Shown: positions 27,209 to 37,035 of the stretch, piece by piece
Position numbering within the stretch: the stretch's first letter is position 1
Layout of the letters: the number at the start of each line of letters is the position of its first letter
From: an uncultured Candidatus Kuenenia sp.
Lineage (GTDB): Bacteria > Planctomycetota > Planctomycetia > Pirellulales > UBA1268
Assembly: GCA_964581055.1 (NCBI GenBank)
Contig: CAZOMJ010000137.1
Location: 16,291-80,290 of the forward strand
Length of the DNA stretch: 64,000 nucleotides
Reading direction: 5' to 3'
Translations under genes and position numbers: made by a program
The notes under the pieces: generated by a model
Told to the model about the DNA's origin: nothing
Database searches by the model: none
What the model saw: the letters and a program-made list of their open reading frames with translations, nothing else

Positions 27209-28432
27209 TTGGCATCCCCGCGCGTGACTCAAGCCCACTCTTCCGACGGATACGACCTGATCACGACCGAGTCGCAACTCGGAGCCCTCGTCGATCGGCT
27301 CGCCGCCCAATCCCACATCGCCTTCGACACGGAATTCGTGTCGGAACACACCTACCGCAGCCAACTCTGCCTGATCCAGGTGGCGGCGCCCGACACGCTG
27401 GCGGTGATCGACACGCTCAAGGTGCGAGAACTGGAGCCGTTCTGGCGGCTTCTCACCGAGCCCGGCCGCACCACCGTCGTGCATGCCGGCCGCGAGGAGA
27501 TGGGCTTCATCCTGCATGCAATCAAGGCCCGGCCGTCGTCGCTCTTCGACGTGCAGGTGGCGTCGGGCCTCGTCGACCACGACTATCCCGCCGGCTATGC
27601 CTCGATCGTGCGGCGGTTCCTCAACCTGCCGACCAACAAGGGGGAGACTCGCACCGACTGGCGGCAGCGGCCGCTCACTCCCGCGCAGCTGGAATACGCC
27701 CTCGACGACGTCCGCCACCTGGAAAAACTCTGGAAGAAGCTCGAGGGCAAGCTCGCATCGTCGGGACGGACCGCCTGGATGCAGGACGAGATGCAGGCCT
27801 GGCAGAGCGAGGTGGAGGAGTCGTTCATCCGGAAGCGCTGGCGACGAGTGTCGGGGCTCTCCGGCCTGTCGCGGCGGGAACTGGCGATCGCCCGGGAACT
27901 CTGGCACTGGCGTGACTCGGTCGCCGAATCACGTGACATGCCGCCCAAGCGTGTGCTCCGCGACGACCTGCTCGTGGAACTCTGCAAGCGGAAGAGTGCC
28001 GACGAGCGGCAGATCTCGGCCATCCGCGGCATGCAGCGGTCGGACCTGCGGCACATCCTCCGCGGACTGTCGGAGGCGATCCAGCGCGGCCTCGAGCTGC
28101 CCGACGAGGAGTGCCCGGGCGGTGAAAAGCACCGGGCGCCGCCGCCGCAGCTTGCGGTGCTCGGCCAATTTCTGGCGACGGCCGTGGCGGGCGTCTGCCG
28201 GCAGATGAACCTGGCGCCGGCGCTGGTCGGCACGTCCTCGGACATGCGCGACCTGCTTGCCTACAAGCTCGGCTACTGGGATGGCGACGACGAACGCGTT
28301 CCGTTGCTGGCCTCGGGCTGGCGGGCGGACGTGGTCGGCTCGCTCGTGGACGACCTGCTCTCGGGGAAGGCCTCCCTGCGGATCGGCGACGTCCGCTCGC
28401 ACGATCCGCTGGTCATCGACCGGCGGCCGTAA
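27209..28432 (+). CDS. rnd: Ribonuclease D
   Basis: DEDD 3'-5' exonuclease motifs (IAFDTEFVSE, LCLIQVA, YALDDVRHL) followed by an HRDC-like region. Start is TTG 27209 or GTG 27224. Confidence 0.8.
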   Translation: MASPRVTQAHSSDGYDLITTESQLGALVDRLAAQSHIAFDTEFVSEHTYRSQLCLIQVAAPDTLAVIDTLKVRELEPFWRLLTEPGRTTVVHAGREEMGFILHAIKARPSSLFDVQVASGLVDHDYPAGYASIVRRFLNLPTNKGETRTDWRQRPLTPAQLEYALDDVRHLEKLWKKLEGKLASSGRTAWMQDEMQAWQSEVEESFIRKRWRRVSGLSGLSRRELAIARELWHWRDSVAESRDMPPKRVLRDDLLVELCKRKSADERQISAIRGMQRSDLRHILRGLSEAIQRGLELPDEECPGGEKHRAPPPQLAVLGQFLATAVAGVCRQMNLAPALVGTSSDMRDLLAYKLGYWDGDDERVPLLASGWRADVVGSLVDDLLSGKASLRIGDVRSHDPLVIDRRP

Positions 28433-28635
28433 GGCGGGCTTCCCGCGGGCCGCGGCTGCCCATGCCACGCTCCCGAACGCCGTCAGGACACCGCCCCAAA
28501 AGCGGTGCAGAATCCGGCGCAGCACCTACCTGCACCGGGTCGCAGCGAGTGGAAGGCCGGTGCCTGCCATGGGGCGAAAACAGCCCGTTCTTCCGATACG
28601 TGCGGTTCGGTGCAGAAGCCTGCGACAACCAAGAG

Positions 28636-28718
28636 CGGAGGGCATGGGATTCGAACCCACAACCCCTTTCGGGGCATCTGATTTCGAGTCAGACCGCTGG
28701 CCAATTCGCTTACCCTCC
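28636..28718 (-). tRNA. tRNA-Ser (anticodon CGA)
   Basis: Reverse complement GGAGGGTAAGCGAATTGGCCAGCGGTCTGACTCGAAATCAGATGCCCCGAAAGGGGTTGTGGGTTCGAATCCCATGCCCTCCG. It folds with a 7-bp acceptor stem, an anticodon stem TCTGA/TCAGA with loop CTCGAAA, a long variable arm and a GGTTCGAATCC T-loop. CCA is not encoded. Confidence 0.9.
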
Positions 28719-29004
28719 GGGTGAGCAACAGTAATGTAGGCCGCACTTCTGCGGCGCTCAAGTTCGACACCGCTTTGTGCGGTCTCCACGCCGGCCACGC
28801 CACCCAGGGGTTTCGCCACCGGGCCGCCTGCAACGCTTCTGCCGGAAAGGCACGGCATGCCGGCAAGGCGCCTCCGTGACGGCCACGACCACCTCCCCCC
28901 GCCCTTCCTTGAGCCGCCGCCACCGACTGCCGATTTCATTCATGACACGTGGGCCGCCGAACGCCTTGGCCGGCCGTTCGCCCCCCGTCAGGAGCGCATC
29001 GACT

Positions 29005-29358
29005 ATGGCAAAAGACACATGGCGGATCGTCACCCGAGGCACGGACGGCGAACTCATCATCCGTGACTTCGACTCGCCCGAACAGATCCTCAAGACCCAT
29101 CTCCAGGTCGGCACGGACGACTGCAGCACCGACCTCGCCCTCCGCGGCGCGCCCATCTTCCGCTCGCTCGTCGGCCCGATGCCCGAGGGACGCAACGTGG
29201 TCCGCTACGAATCGCCCGAGGTGTTCGAGCACCTCACCAAGGAATGGGCCGTCCCCAAGGCACCGCGGAAACGGATCCGCAAGACGGCCGCCGCCCGCCA
29301 GGCCGAAGCCGTCGCCGACACCATTCCACCGGAAGCGACCGATGACAGTGCCGGCTGA
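29005..29358 (+). CDS. Small hypothetical protein (117 aa)
   Basis: ATG 29005 downstream of AGGAG. MAKDTWRIVTRGTDGELIIRDFDSPEQILKTHLQVG.. has globular composition. Its 3' end overlaps the HIT gene by 17 nt. Confidence 0.5.
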   Translation: MAKDTWRIVTRGTDGELIIRDFDSPEQILKTHLQVGTDDCSTDLALRGAPIFRSLVGPMPEGRNVVRYESPEVFEHLTKEWAVPKAPRKRIRKTAAARQAEAVADTIPPEATDDSAG

Positions 29359-29692
29359 GACCATTTTCTCCCGGATCATCCGCCGCGAGATCCCGGCCCG
29401 CATCGAGCACGAAGACGACCTCTGCATCGCCTTTCACGACGTGGCACCGCAGGCTCCCATTCACCTGCTCGTGATTCCGAAGCGGTCGATCCCCTCGCTC
29501 GCTGACGTGACCGCAGCCGACGAGCCCTTGCTTGGCCACCTGGTGGCTGTGGCATCATCGCTCGCGCGAAAGCTGGGGCTCGATGACGGCTACCGTCTCG
29601 TCGTGAATAGCGGCCGCGACGGCGGGCAGACGGTGCACCACCTGCACGTCCACCTGCTGGGCGGCCGCTCGCTGGGCTGGCCCCCGGGCTGA
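29342..29692 (+). CDS. HIT family protein (histidine triad nucleotide-binding)
   Basis: Start ATG 29342. IFSRIIRREIPA, AFHDVAPQAPIHLLVIPK and the histidine triad HHLHVHLLGG. Confidence 0.9.
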   Translation: MTVPAETIFSRIIRREIPARIEHEDDLCIAFHDVAPQAPIHLLVIPKRSIPSLADVTAADEPLLGHLVAVASSLARKLGLDDGYRLVVNSGRDGGQTVHHLHVHLLGGRSLGWPPG

Positions 29693-29705
29693 GCTGCCCT
29701 TACCC

Positions 29706-32700
29706 CTACTGCCACCAGCGGCGGACGCGGTCGAACATGCTGCCCGATCGCTCCGCCGGCGGCGCGGGCGACTGTGTGGGGCCGCCTGTCGCCCGCAGCG
29801 ATTCTTCACGCAGCGTCGCCACGGCGTCGTCGGAAACGAACGCGGTGAGGAACCGCGGCCAATACGTGTCGAGTTCGACCAGGCACGAGCCCAGGTCGTC
29901 CGCCGCCAACCGCTGCTCCATCACCGACAGTCGCCGCGAGAGTTGCACCCGCTGTGATTCATCGAACGCCAGGTCGAACACCCGCACACCGTCGATCTGC
30001 ACAGTTCCCGGCCCAAGCAGGTCGAACCGCACCCGCAACGACTCGAGCCCGTGGGCCGGCAGGTCGTCGATCTGCAGCACGAACTGCGACCAACCGCTCG
30101 TGAGCGGCTTGCCTCCGGCCAGCCCGCCCACCGGCGCAAAGCGGTAATACTCGCGGCCGTCCTGCATGCCCTCGAGCGCCAGCCGGAACGGCGGCTGCGG
30201 ATCCCCCTCGGGAATGCGCAGCCAAACGGCCACGCTCACCCGCCCGGTCACCGGGGGCGGAAACGGATTGCTTCGCACCGTGGAGAGCCCATTGACCGAC
30301 GAGAAGCCGATGCCTCGGCCCGCCGTTCCATTGACTCCCGGCACGAATGCGACCGCGCCGCGGCTCGCCTCCACGAGTTCCCAGCCTCCCACGCCGCCGC
30401 CCGATGCTCGCTCCGTCGCATCGGTGTCACCGGCACCGGCCAGTTCGAATCCAGGATTGTCGAGCACATCCAGCGGCCGCGGCGTCTCGAGCACGGCACG
30501 ACGACGGCCGAGGTCTGCCAGTCGCGAGTCGATGGAACGCCGCACCGCCTCGTCGTAGGCGACCCTGGCACCCTGCACGACCACGCCGCCATCGAGCACG
30601 AGTGTGCGAACCTCCCAAGGCTCGAGCGGCACCGCCGCGCCGCCGGCCGGTTCGAGCGGCAACCGCGTGCCGTCGACGGCGTCGATCACCGCCGACGGCG
30701 AGCCCGCGAGCGCGAGCCCGGCGCGACACGGCGCCGGCCCCGCATTGGCGATGCTCACCACCGTGAGTCCCTGGTCGCGCCGGCTGCGGACCACCAGCGG
30801 TGCGGGCAGCGGCTCGGCCAGTTCGAGACCGTCGCCCGGCAGCGCCGTAAACGCCCGCAAGCAGCGTTCGTACGCCGGCTCGACGCGGCCAAACAGCATG
30901 CCCATGTCGAACACCACCTCGATGTCCGACGCCACGAGCGACTCCGCGAGCAGCCGGCCCCGCGTCGGCCCCTCGGCCACCGCGTGAATCGGCGCGGCCT
31001 CCGCCTCGGCCGCCGCGCCCCCAAACGGTCCATGCGGCACGACATGATCGATCGGCATCGACCTCGGCTGTTCGAGCGCGATCACGCCTCGGCGGGCAGC
31101 TCGGGCGACGCCGCGGGCGACGCCGAGCGAGCGGTTGGCATTGTCCACGATGCAGCGGTCGAGCAGCGAGTCGGCGGCGGCATGCACGTGCGGCGAGACG
31201 AACACGATCCGCCGATCGGCGGTGATCCGCTCGGGATCGAGGCCGATCTCCCACAACACGTCGGCATCGGCCGACTCGGCGGCCAGCGACGGACGAAAGC
31301 GGGCCGCGAGTTCGCCCGCGGCGAAAAGCGACGTGGGCACCACGTGCAGGGTCAACCCCCGGCCGTGCTCCGCCAACACGTCGGCCAACCGGGAATGGAA
31401 GCGGGCCATCACCGACGCCCGCCACTCCAGCCACTGCTCCCGCAGAGGGCCCTCCACGAGCGCCGCCCGTCGTGCAAAACGTTCACCTCCCGTGGCCGGT
31501 TCCTGACCTCCAACCTCCGCGAGGAATCGCGGGAAGGTGGCATCGTCGAGCCCCCAGGCCGTGCCGGGCAGGTGCATCCATCCATCGTGCGGCAGCACCA
31601 CCGCCAGGCCGTCGACGGCCTCGACGCCGCGGAGCCGACCTGCCAGTTCCCCCACGACAGCCTCCACGGCCTGCTGAACCCGTGGGTCGAGCACGTTGTA
31701 GTGGCAACCCCGGCCGCCGTCGGTCTGTTTCGGCTTGCCATCACGGCCCACGCAGGCGATGCCCGCAGCGTCGGCTCCCCCGCCGGCAAGCACAGCCTCG
31801 AGCGCCGGAAGCGGCGCATCGAACGAGACCGCCGGCACGAGCCGCAGGCCCTCGCGGGCATGGATGCGGCAGAGCATGCCGAGGAGGTCCTTGCGCACAG
31901 GATCGAGGCCCGCGTCGGACGTGACACCGCTATCCCACCGTGGAGCACCCCGTGTCAGCCGCGACGGCCAGATCGCGGCACCGTCACGGTAAACAACCAC
32001 CATCGCCCCTGCGGCCCCCTGCGCCGCAAACCATTCGGCAGCGTGCGTCGCACCTGAGAGGAAGGTCTTCCAGTCGGCAAACGGCCGACCCGAGCCGCTG
32101 GCCGCCCGCTCCACCGCACCGAACTGCGAGAAGTCGGGGGCCGGCACGTAGGCATGCACGCGACGGCCGGGCCCGACCGTCGCGGTGAGGCTGCGGCCTG
32201 CGTTGACCGCAGCCTTGGCTGGCGGTCGCAGCGGCCCTGCCGACACCCGCACCCGCCCGAAGACCGCCGCGCCGCGAGGCGAGGGATTGGCGATGAGGAT
32301 CAGGGGATGTCGGCTGGTGGGCCAGAAGACAAAGGCATGACGACCGAGCCCCGCAGCCCGCGGCGCGGCACTGGAGGTGTGTTCGGCGACCGAGGGTGGA
32401 ACCACTTCGAAGCCGCCACTGGAACGTACCTCGACCGACGTGCCCGCCGCATCCGTCTCCAGCACGCTCAGCCCGACGACCGCCTGCTGATCGAGTGGAA
32501 ACTCCACCTCCACCAGATGCGGAAGGCCCGGCTGGGCCCCGGCGATCGCGATTCCCTCCCACGCAGGCTCGTCGGCCGATCGCGCCGGCGGCAGCCGCAG
32601 CATCGGTCCGAGTGGATGCACCTCGACGGTGGAGTGACCCGCAGCCAGCAGGCCGCTCAACTTGGGCACGATCGAAGAGACGGACGGCAGCGATACCGAT

Positions 32701-33857
32701 GGCAGTTTGGGCATCGGCACATTGGGCAGCGACACGTTCGGCATGGGCACGTTGGGCATGGGAACGCTCGGCAACGACATCGACGGCATCGGCATGGCCG
32801 GCATCGGCACGTACGACATGCCCACGCCGGGAAGCCGTCGGAGCCGCTCGTGCAGACGAGGACTGCCGGGATCGAGTTCGTGGATCACCTTCCAGCCGTC
32901 GCGATTGTCGGGTGCCGCAGCGGCCGCTTCGGGAACGACGTCGGCGACCGCCACCACCTGCACCGTCCGCGACGCCAGCGGCCGCGACCACCGCAGACCT
33001 CCCCGCTCGACCGCCTCGAGCTCGATGTCACAGGCCCCTTCGCGGGCCGGAAGGGGCACGTCGAAATAGACCCGCTCATACGCCTGGAGCCGCGGCTCAG
33101 CCGCCGCCACTCCGGCCTCGGCGAGAAGTAGCGACTGGACGGCCAGCGGCTCCGCCTCGGCCGTTGCCTTCAACCGCATCCGCAGTTCGACCGCGCCCGA
33201 TCCTGGCGACCGCTTCGGCAGGAGCGGATCGACCGCGATACGAGCGACTTCCCCAGGACGGAACAGTGCCGATGTGACTCCGGCGTTGCCGGTGGTCGCG
33301 GTGTGGGCGACGAATTCCACCCGCAGGCCGTCCCCGGGGGCCGCCTTCAGCGTCAGCCGGTTGCCGTCCCGATCGAGCACCTGTTGCCTCGCATCGAGGA
33401 GCAGGTCGGCGACGGTGGCCTCGAACGTCGAGGGGGTGCGTTCGTCGCCATCGGCATGGAGTTGCACCGCGATGCGTGCACCACGCCAGCGCGGGATCAC
33501 CAGTTCGATGCCGTTTCCGCTCCGTCGGCTCGGCTCATGGATGAAGATCGTGCCGCCGACGGCGTGGGCGGTGGCGGCCGCGTCGACATCGCCGCAGAGC
33601 GTCTGCCACTGGAGATCTTCGACAGGTTTCGCCTCGCCCTCGACGGGCACCAGCCGGATCGAGCCCGACCAGGCGTGGGCCTTCCCGCCGCCCCAGTTCA
33701 CGCGGATGGTCACTGGCCGCTCGGACAATGCGGCTTCCTGGGCTTCCGTCCACCGCGGCTCCAAGCCCGCCGCCAGCGTGAGCGCCGCAAGCAACAGACG
33801 AACCAGCCCACGGCGGCAGGCGAACGGCGGGACGGATTGTGGCGGCAGGCGCACCAT
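29706..33857 (-). CDS. Very large secreted protein (1383 aa) with glycoside-hydrolase-like central region and C-terminal CBM4/9-like module
   Basis: Start ATG 33857 (MVRLPPQSVPPFACRRGLVRLLLAALTLAAG signal). The central region resembles TIM-barrel GH-like families (HYNVLDPRVQQAVEAVVGELAGR, VVLPHDGWMHLPG). The C-terminal DNPGFELAG..GWEL..VRVFDL is typical of CBM_4_9-type modules. Confidence 0.6.
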   Translation of the reverse strand: MVRLPPQSVPPFACRRGLVRLLLAALTLAAGLEPRWTEAQEAALSERPVTIRVNWGGGKAHAWSGSIRLVPVEGEAKPVEDLQWQTLCGDVDAAATAHAVGGTIFIHEPSRRSGNGIELVIPRWRGARIAVQLHADGDERTPSTFEATVADLLLDARQQVLDRDGNRLTLKAAPGDGLRVEFVAHTATTGNAGVTSALFRPGEVARIAVDPLLPKRSPGSGAVELRMRLKATAEAEPLAVQSLLLAEAGVAAAEPRLQAYERVYFDVPLPAREGACDIELEAVERGGLRWSRPLASRTVQVVAVADVVPEAAAAAPDNRDGWKVIHELDPGSPRLHERLRRLPGVGMSYVPMPAMPMPSMSLPSVPMPNVPMPNVSLPNVPMPKLPSVSLPSVSSIVPKLSGLLAAGHSTVEVHPLGPMLRLPPARSADEPAWEGIAIAGAQPGLPHLVEVEFPLDQQAVVGLSVLETDAAGTSVEVRSSGGFEVVPPSVAEHTSSAAPRAAGLGRHAFVFWPTSRHPLILIANPSPRGAAVFGRVRVSAGPLRPPAKAAVNAGRSLTATVGPGRRVHAYVPAPDFSQFGAVERAASGSGRPFADWKTFLSGATHAAEWFAAQGAAGAMVVVYRDGAAIWPSRLTRGAPRWDSGVTSDAGLDPVRKDLLGMLCRIHAREGLRLVPAVSFDAPLPALEAVLAGGGADAAGIACVGRDGKPKQTDGGRGCHYNVLDPRVQQAVEAVVGELAGRLRGVEAVDGLAVVLPHDGWMHLPGTAWGLDDATFPRFLAEVGGQEPATGGERFARRAALVEGPLREQWLEWRASVMARFHSRLADVLAEHGRGLTLHVVPTSLFAAGELAARFRPSLAAESADADVLWEIGLDPERITADRRIVFVSPHVHAAADSLLDRCIVDNANRSLGVARGVARAARRGVIALEQPRSMPIDHVVPHGPFGGAAAEAEAAPIHAVAEGPTRGRLLAESLVASDIEVVFDMGMLFGRVEPAYERCLRAFTALPGDGLELAEPLPAPLVVRSRRDQGLTVVSIANAGPAPCRAGLALAGSPSAVIDAVDGTRLPLEPAGGAAVPLEPWEVRTLVLDGGVVVQGARVAYDEAVRRSIDSRLADLGRRRAVLETPRPLDVLDNPGFELAGAGDTDATERASGGGVGGWELVEASRGAVAFVPGVNGTAGRGIGFSSVNGLSTVRSNPFPPPVTGRVSVAVWLRIPEGDPQPPFRLALEGMQDGREYYRFAPVGGLAGGKPLTSGWSQFVLQIDDLPAHGLESLRVRFDLLGPGTVQIDGVRVFDLAFDESQRVQLSRRLSVMEQRLAADDLGSCLVELDTYWPRFLTAFVSDDAVATLREESLRATGGPTQSPAPPAERSGSMFDRVRRWWQ

Positions 33858-33931
33858 CCGGGGATGGTAGCGGGGGCCAACCCGTGTTACCAAGCGGGTT
33901 TTGCGGCCGCAAAACCCTGGTTTCGACGCTC

Positions 33932-35239
33932 TTATCCGCTCGTCGCCTCCGGCAACGGCGCCCGCCATGCGGCCCGTCCATCCCCCGTGACGGCGTGTTC
34001 CAGCAGGGCCTCCAGCGGTCCCGCAACAGCGCCGCAACGGTTGGCGACGTCGGTCAACTCGAAGAAATCATCCGGCTTGGCAAAGAGTCGGGAGCGGGCT
34101 TCAGCGGCAGGCTTCGCCACTGAAGCCGCGGGTCCAGCGGCCAGCAGGCCGTGCCACGCGGGGGTGACGATCGCGGCTCCATCGGGCCCCGCCACGACCA
34201 CCCGATCGCGGACGGGTGCAGACCAGTTCTTGAACAGCCCAGCCAGACTCACGCCCCGCCAGGGCGCCGAGGGATCGATGGCGGACGGCTGCGGCTTCGC
34301 TTCCGTCGCCGGCGCGACGATGTCTGCGAGCGTGCAGCCGATGTCGGCGGGCACGACCAGGCCACCATACCGCTGGGCCGCCATCCGCCCGGCCGGATCC
34401 AAGAAGATCGCCGGCACATGGATCAGTTCGCCAAAAGGCACCTCCCTGCCACCGATGCCCACCCAGCCATGCAGCCCCAGCGGCAGGCCGCGGGCGCTGA
34501 TAACGAGCACCGCCCAGGGACCGGCCGCCGCAGCCTTTGCCTCCTGCACGGCGGCGAACAGCCTGCCCAACTGGCTGTCGAGCAGCGTGATCTGTCCGGC
34601 AAACACCTGACGGATGCCGACGACCAGATCGGGATCGGTATCGGCATCCACCGCAAACCCCGGCACGCGGGCGCCGCGAGGCGGCGGCGGATCCTCCGGA
34701 TCGATGTACCGGTCGCGATACCGTTCCGCCGCATCCCACGCCACGCCCAGGCTGCCGACGTGGCACCACACCAGCCGGTGTTCTCCCGAAGCGATCACCT
34801 CGAGGGCGGCGTCGACGAGCCGGGCGATGTTGGTCTGCGTGTCGTCGTCCTCGACGTTCTCCTTCGCCACCGCCTCGACGAGCCGAACGTCGACCGCAGG
34901 CCCCGCCTCGCCGGCAGTCATGTCTGCGACCATGGCGGCGTCGTCGGTGACGACCACCGGCCGCCAGCCTCCGGCAACGGCAGCGGCCAGAAGCGGCTGA
35001 CCATCTGGCCGTTCGGCGGCGAGCAGATCGCGGAGCGTGTCCGCCGCCGCGGGCGACGGCGTGATCACGCGGTCAAACACCACGCCTCGCGCTGCAAGGC
35101 TGTCGAGCGCCGGCGTCGCCACCCAGGTGGCGCCATAGGCGGCCAGCATCCAGGCGGGCAGCCGGTCGACGGTGACGACGAGCAGCCCCGCGGGCCGGAC
35201 CGATGATGGCTCGTGGCTGGAGTTGGGAGTCGGATTCAT
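33932..35239 (-). CDS. Sulfatase-like (alkaline-phosphatase superfamily) protein with degenerate active-site motifs
   Basis: Start ATG 35239. LLVVTVDRLPAWMLAAYGATWVATPALDSLAARGVVFDRVITPSP parallels sulfatase N-termini (DD..G.YG...TPNLD.LA..G..F...C.PSR). However, it reads D-R and I-T-P-S-P at the key positions. Confidence 0.55.
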   Translation of the reverse strand: MNPTPNSSHEPSSVRPAGLLVVTVDRLPAWMLAAYGATWVATPALDSLAARGVVFDRVITPSPAAADTLRDLLAAERPDGQPLLAAAVAGGWRPVVVTDDAAMVADMTAGEAGPAVDVRLVEAVAKENVEDDDTQTNIARLVDAALEVIASGEHRLVWCHVGSLGVAWDAAERYRDRYIDPEDPPPPRGARVPGFAVDADTDPDLVVGIRQVFAGQITLLDSQLGRLFAAVQEAKAAAAGPWAVLVISARGLPLGLHGWVGIGGREVPFGELIHVPAIFLDPAGRMAAQRYGGLVVPADIGCTLADIVAPATEAKPQPSAIDPSAPWRGVSLAGLFKNWSAPVRDRVVVAGPDGAAIVTPAWHGLLAAGPAASVAKPAAEARSRLFAKPDDFFELTDVANRCGAVAGPLEALLEHAVTGDGRAAWRAPLPEATSG

Positions 35240-35387
35240 ACCGCTGTATTGTCCGCCGCCGACGTGGTTTGCACCATACGTGGCATCTGTGCCACATTCT
35301 CGGGGCTGTGCCGGCCAGTCTGGCCACGCCATCTCCTGCCCCTCGGCCCCATCCGCCTCTGTCTCGGCAGGGGCCCGCGAGAACGCC

Positions 35388-36971
35388 ATGACTTCCACGA
35401 CCACCGCCCGGCACGGCTTCGCCACCCAGCCGTCCGCGACAACCGGCATGCCGCCTGGAATCCCCTACATCGTGGGCAACGAGGCGGCGGAGCGGTTTTC
35501 GTTCTACGGCATGAAGACGATCCTCGTCGTCTTCATGACGCAGTTTCTGCACTCCACCGGGGGCGGGCCCGACTTCATGACCGAGCCCGAGTCGCGGGAG
35601 TGGATGCATCTGTTCGTGGCCAGCGCCTATTTCTTCCCGATCATCGGCGGCATCATGGCCGACGCCTTCCTCGGCAAATACCTCACGATCCTGCTCTTGT
35701 CGATCGTCTATTGCCTCGGGCATCTCTGCCTGGCGCTGATGGACCTGCCACAGCCGTTGCTCGCGGCCACACTTTCGCCGCGGGGCTGGCTGCTGGCTGG
35801 TCTGGCCCTCGTCGCGATCGGCTCCGGCGGCATCAAACCCTGCGTGTCGGCACACGTGGGCGACCAGTTCGGTCAGTCGAACCGCCACTTGCTCGAACGG
35901 GTCTTCGGCTGGTTCTATTTCGCCATCAACTTCGGATCGTTCTTCTCGACGCTCCTCACGCCCTGGCTGCTGAAAAACCACGGCGCCGGCTGGGCCTTCG
36001 GCGTGCCGGGCATTCTCATGGCGCTGGCCACCCTCGTCTTCTGGCTGGGAAGGCATCGTTTCATCCACGTCCCGCCGCGCGGCACTCGCTACTTCGCCGA
36101 GACGTTCGGCCCGGAGGGCCTGGCCGCCATCTTCAAGCTCGTGCCGCTCTATCTGCTCGTGGCCGTGTTCTGGTCGCTCTACGATCAGTCGGGCGGCGCC
36201 TGGGTGCAGCAGGCGCAGCAGATGGACCGGCGGTTCCTCGGCGTCGAATGGCTGGAAAGCCAGATCCAGGCCATCAATCCGCTGCTCGTGCTCGCGTTCA
36301 TTCCGCTCTTCAGCCTGGTGATCTACCCGGCCGTTGCACGATTCATCCCGCTCACGCCGCTCCGCAAGATCCTCGCCGGCTTCCTGCTCACGATCCTCGC
36401 CTTCGCGATCACGGCCCACGCCCAGCGGCTCATCGACGCCGAGGCGGATCGGTTTCGCGGCGTCGTCGGCCCCGTCGCGGCCAATGACGGCGTGGACCTC
36501 GCCGCGACGGAGGCCGCCATGCGGGCGGCGGGCCTCAACGCGGCGGCCGATGCGTGCAAAGACAACGCTCGCGTGGAGGCGATGGTCGGCGCCGGCCTTG
36601 CGGTGACCACCGACGGCACTCGGCTCGCCGCCCGCTGGCCCTCCGTGGGCTGGCAACTCTTGGCCTACGTCGTGATCACCGCCGCTGAGATCCTCGTCTC
36701 GATCACCTGCCTTGAATTCAGCTACACCCAGGCCCCGCCGCAGATGAAGTCCCTGATCATGAGTCTGTATCTGCTCAGCGTGTCGCTGGGCAACCTGTTC
36801 ACGGCGCTGGTCAACACGTTCTCCCAGGATGCGGCCGGCAATGTCCTGCTGGCCGGAGCCGCCTACTACTGGTTTTTCTGCGGATGCATGGCCGTGGCCA
36901 CCGTCATCCTGCTGCCGGTGATGTGGGCCTACCGCCCCCGGGAGTATCTGCAGGACGAGGCACCGGCCTGA
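35388..36971 (+). CDS. POT/PTR2 family proton-dependent oligopeptide transporter
   Basis: Start ATG 35388. ExxER motif region [38 protein letters not shown] and 12+ predicted TM segments. Confidence 0.85.
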   Translation: MTSTTTARHGFATQPSATTGMPPGIPYIVGNEAAERFSFYGMKTILVVFMTQFLHSTGGGPDFMTEPESREWMHLFVASAYFFPIIGGIMADAFLGKYLTILLLSIVYCLGHLCLALMDLPQPLLAATLSPRGWLLAGLALVAIGSGGIKPCVSAHVGDQFGQSNRHLLERVFGWFYFAINFGSFFSTLLTPWLLKNHGAGWAFGVPGILMALATLVFWLGRHRFIHVPPRGTRYFAETFGPEGLAAIFKLVPLYLLVAVFWSLYDQSGGAWVQQAQQMDRRFLGVEWLESQIQAINPLLVLAFIPLFSLVIYPAVARFIPLTPLRKILAGFLLTILAFAITAHAQRLIDAEADRFRGVVGPVAANDGVDLAATEAAMRAAGLNAAADACKDNARVEAMVGAGLAVTTDGTRLAARWPSVGWQLLAYVVITAAEILVSITCLEFSYTQAPPQMKSLIMSLYLLSVSLGNLFTALVNTFSQDAAGNVLLAGAAYYWFFCGCMAVATVILLPVMWAYRPREYLQDEAPA

Positions 36972-37035
36972 CGCGTCGGCGTGGCATGGTGCCGGGGTGG
37001 CGGCGTCTGGTACTCTTACCGGGAAGGGTGCCATT

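Noticed and set aside
28433-29004. Flanks of tRNA-Ser examined as an integration hotspot for a mobile element
   Set aside because: No integrase, no duplicated tRNA 3' segment, and no compositional break. The neighbouring genes (rnd, a small hypothetical gene, HIT) look like ordinary core genes.
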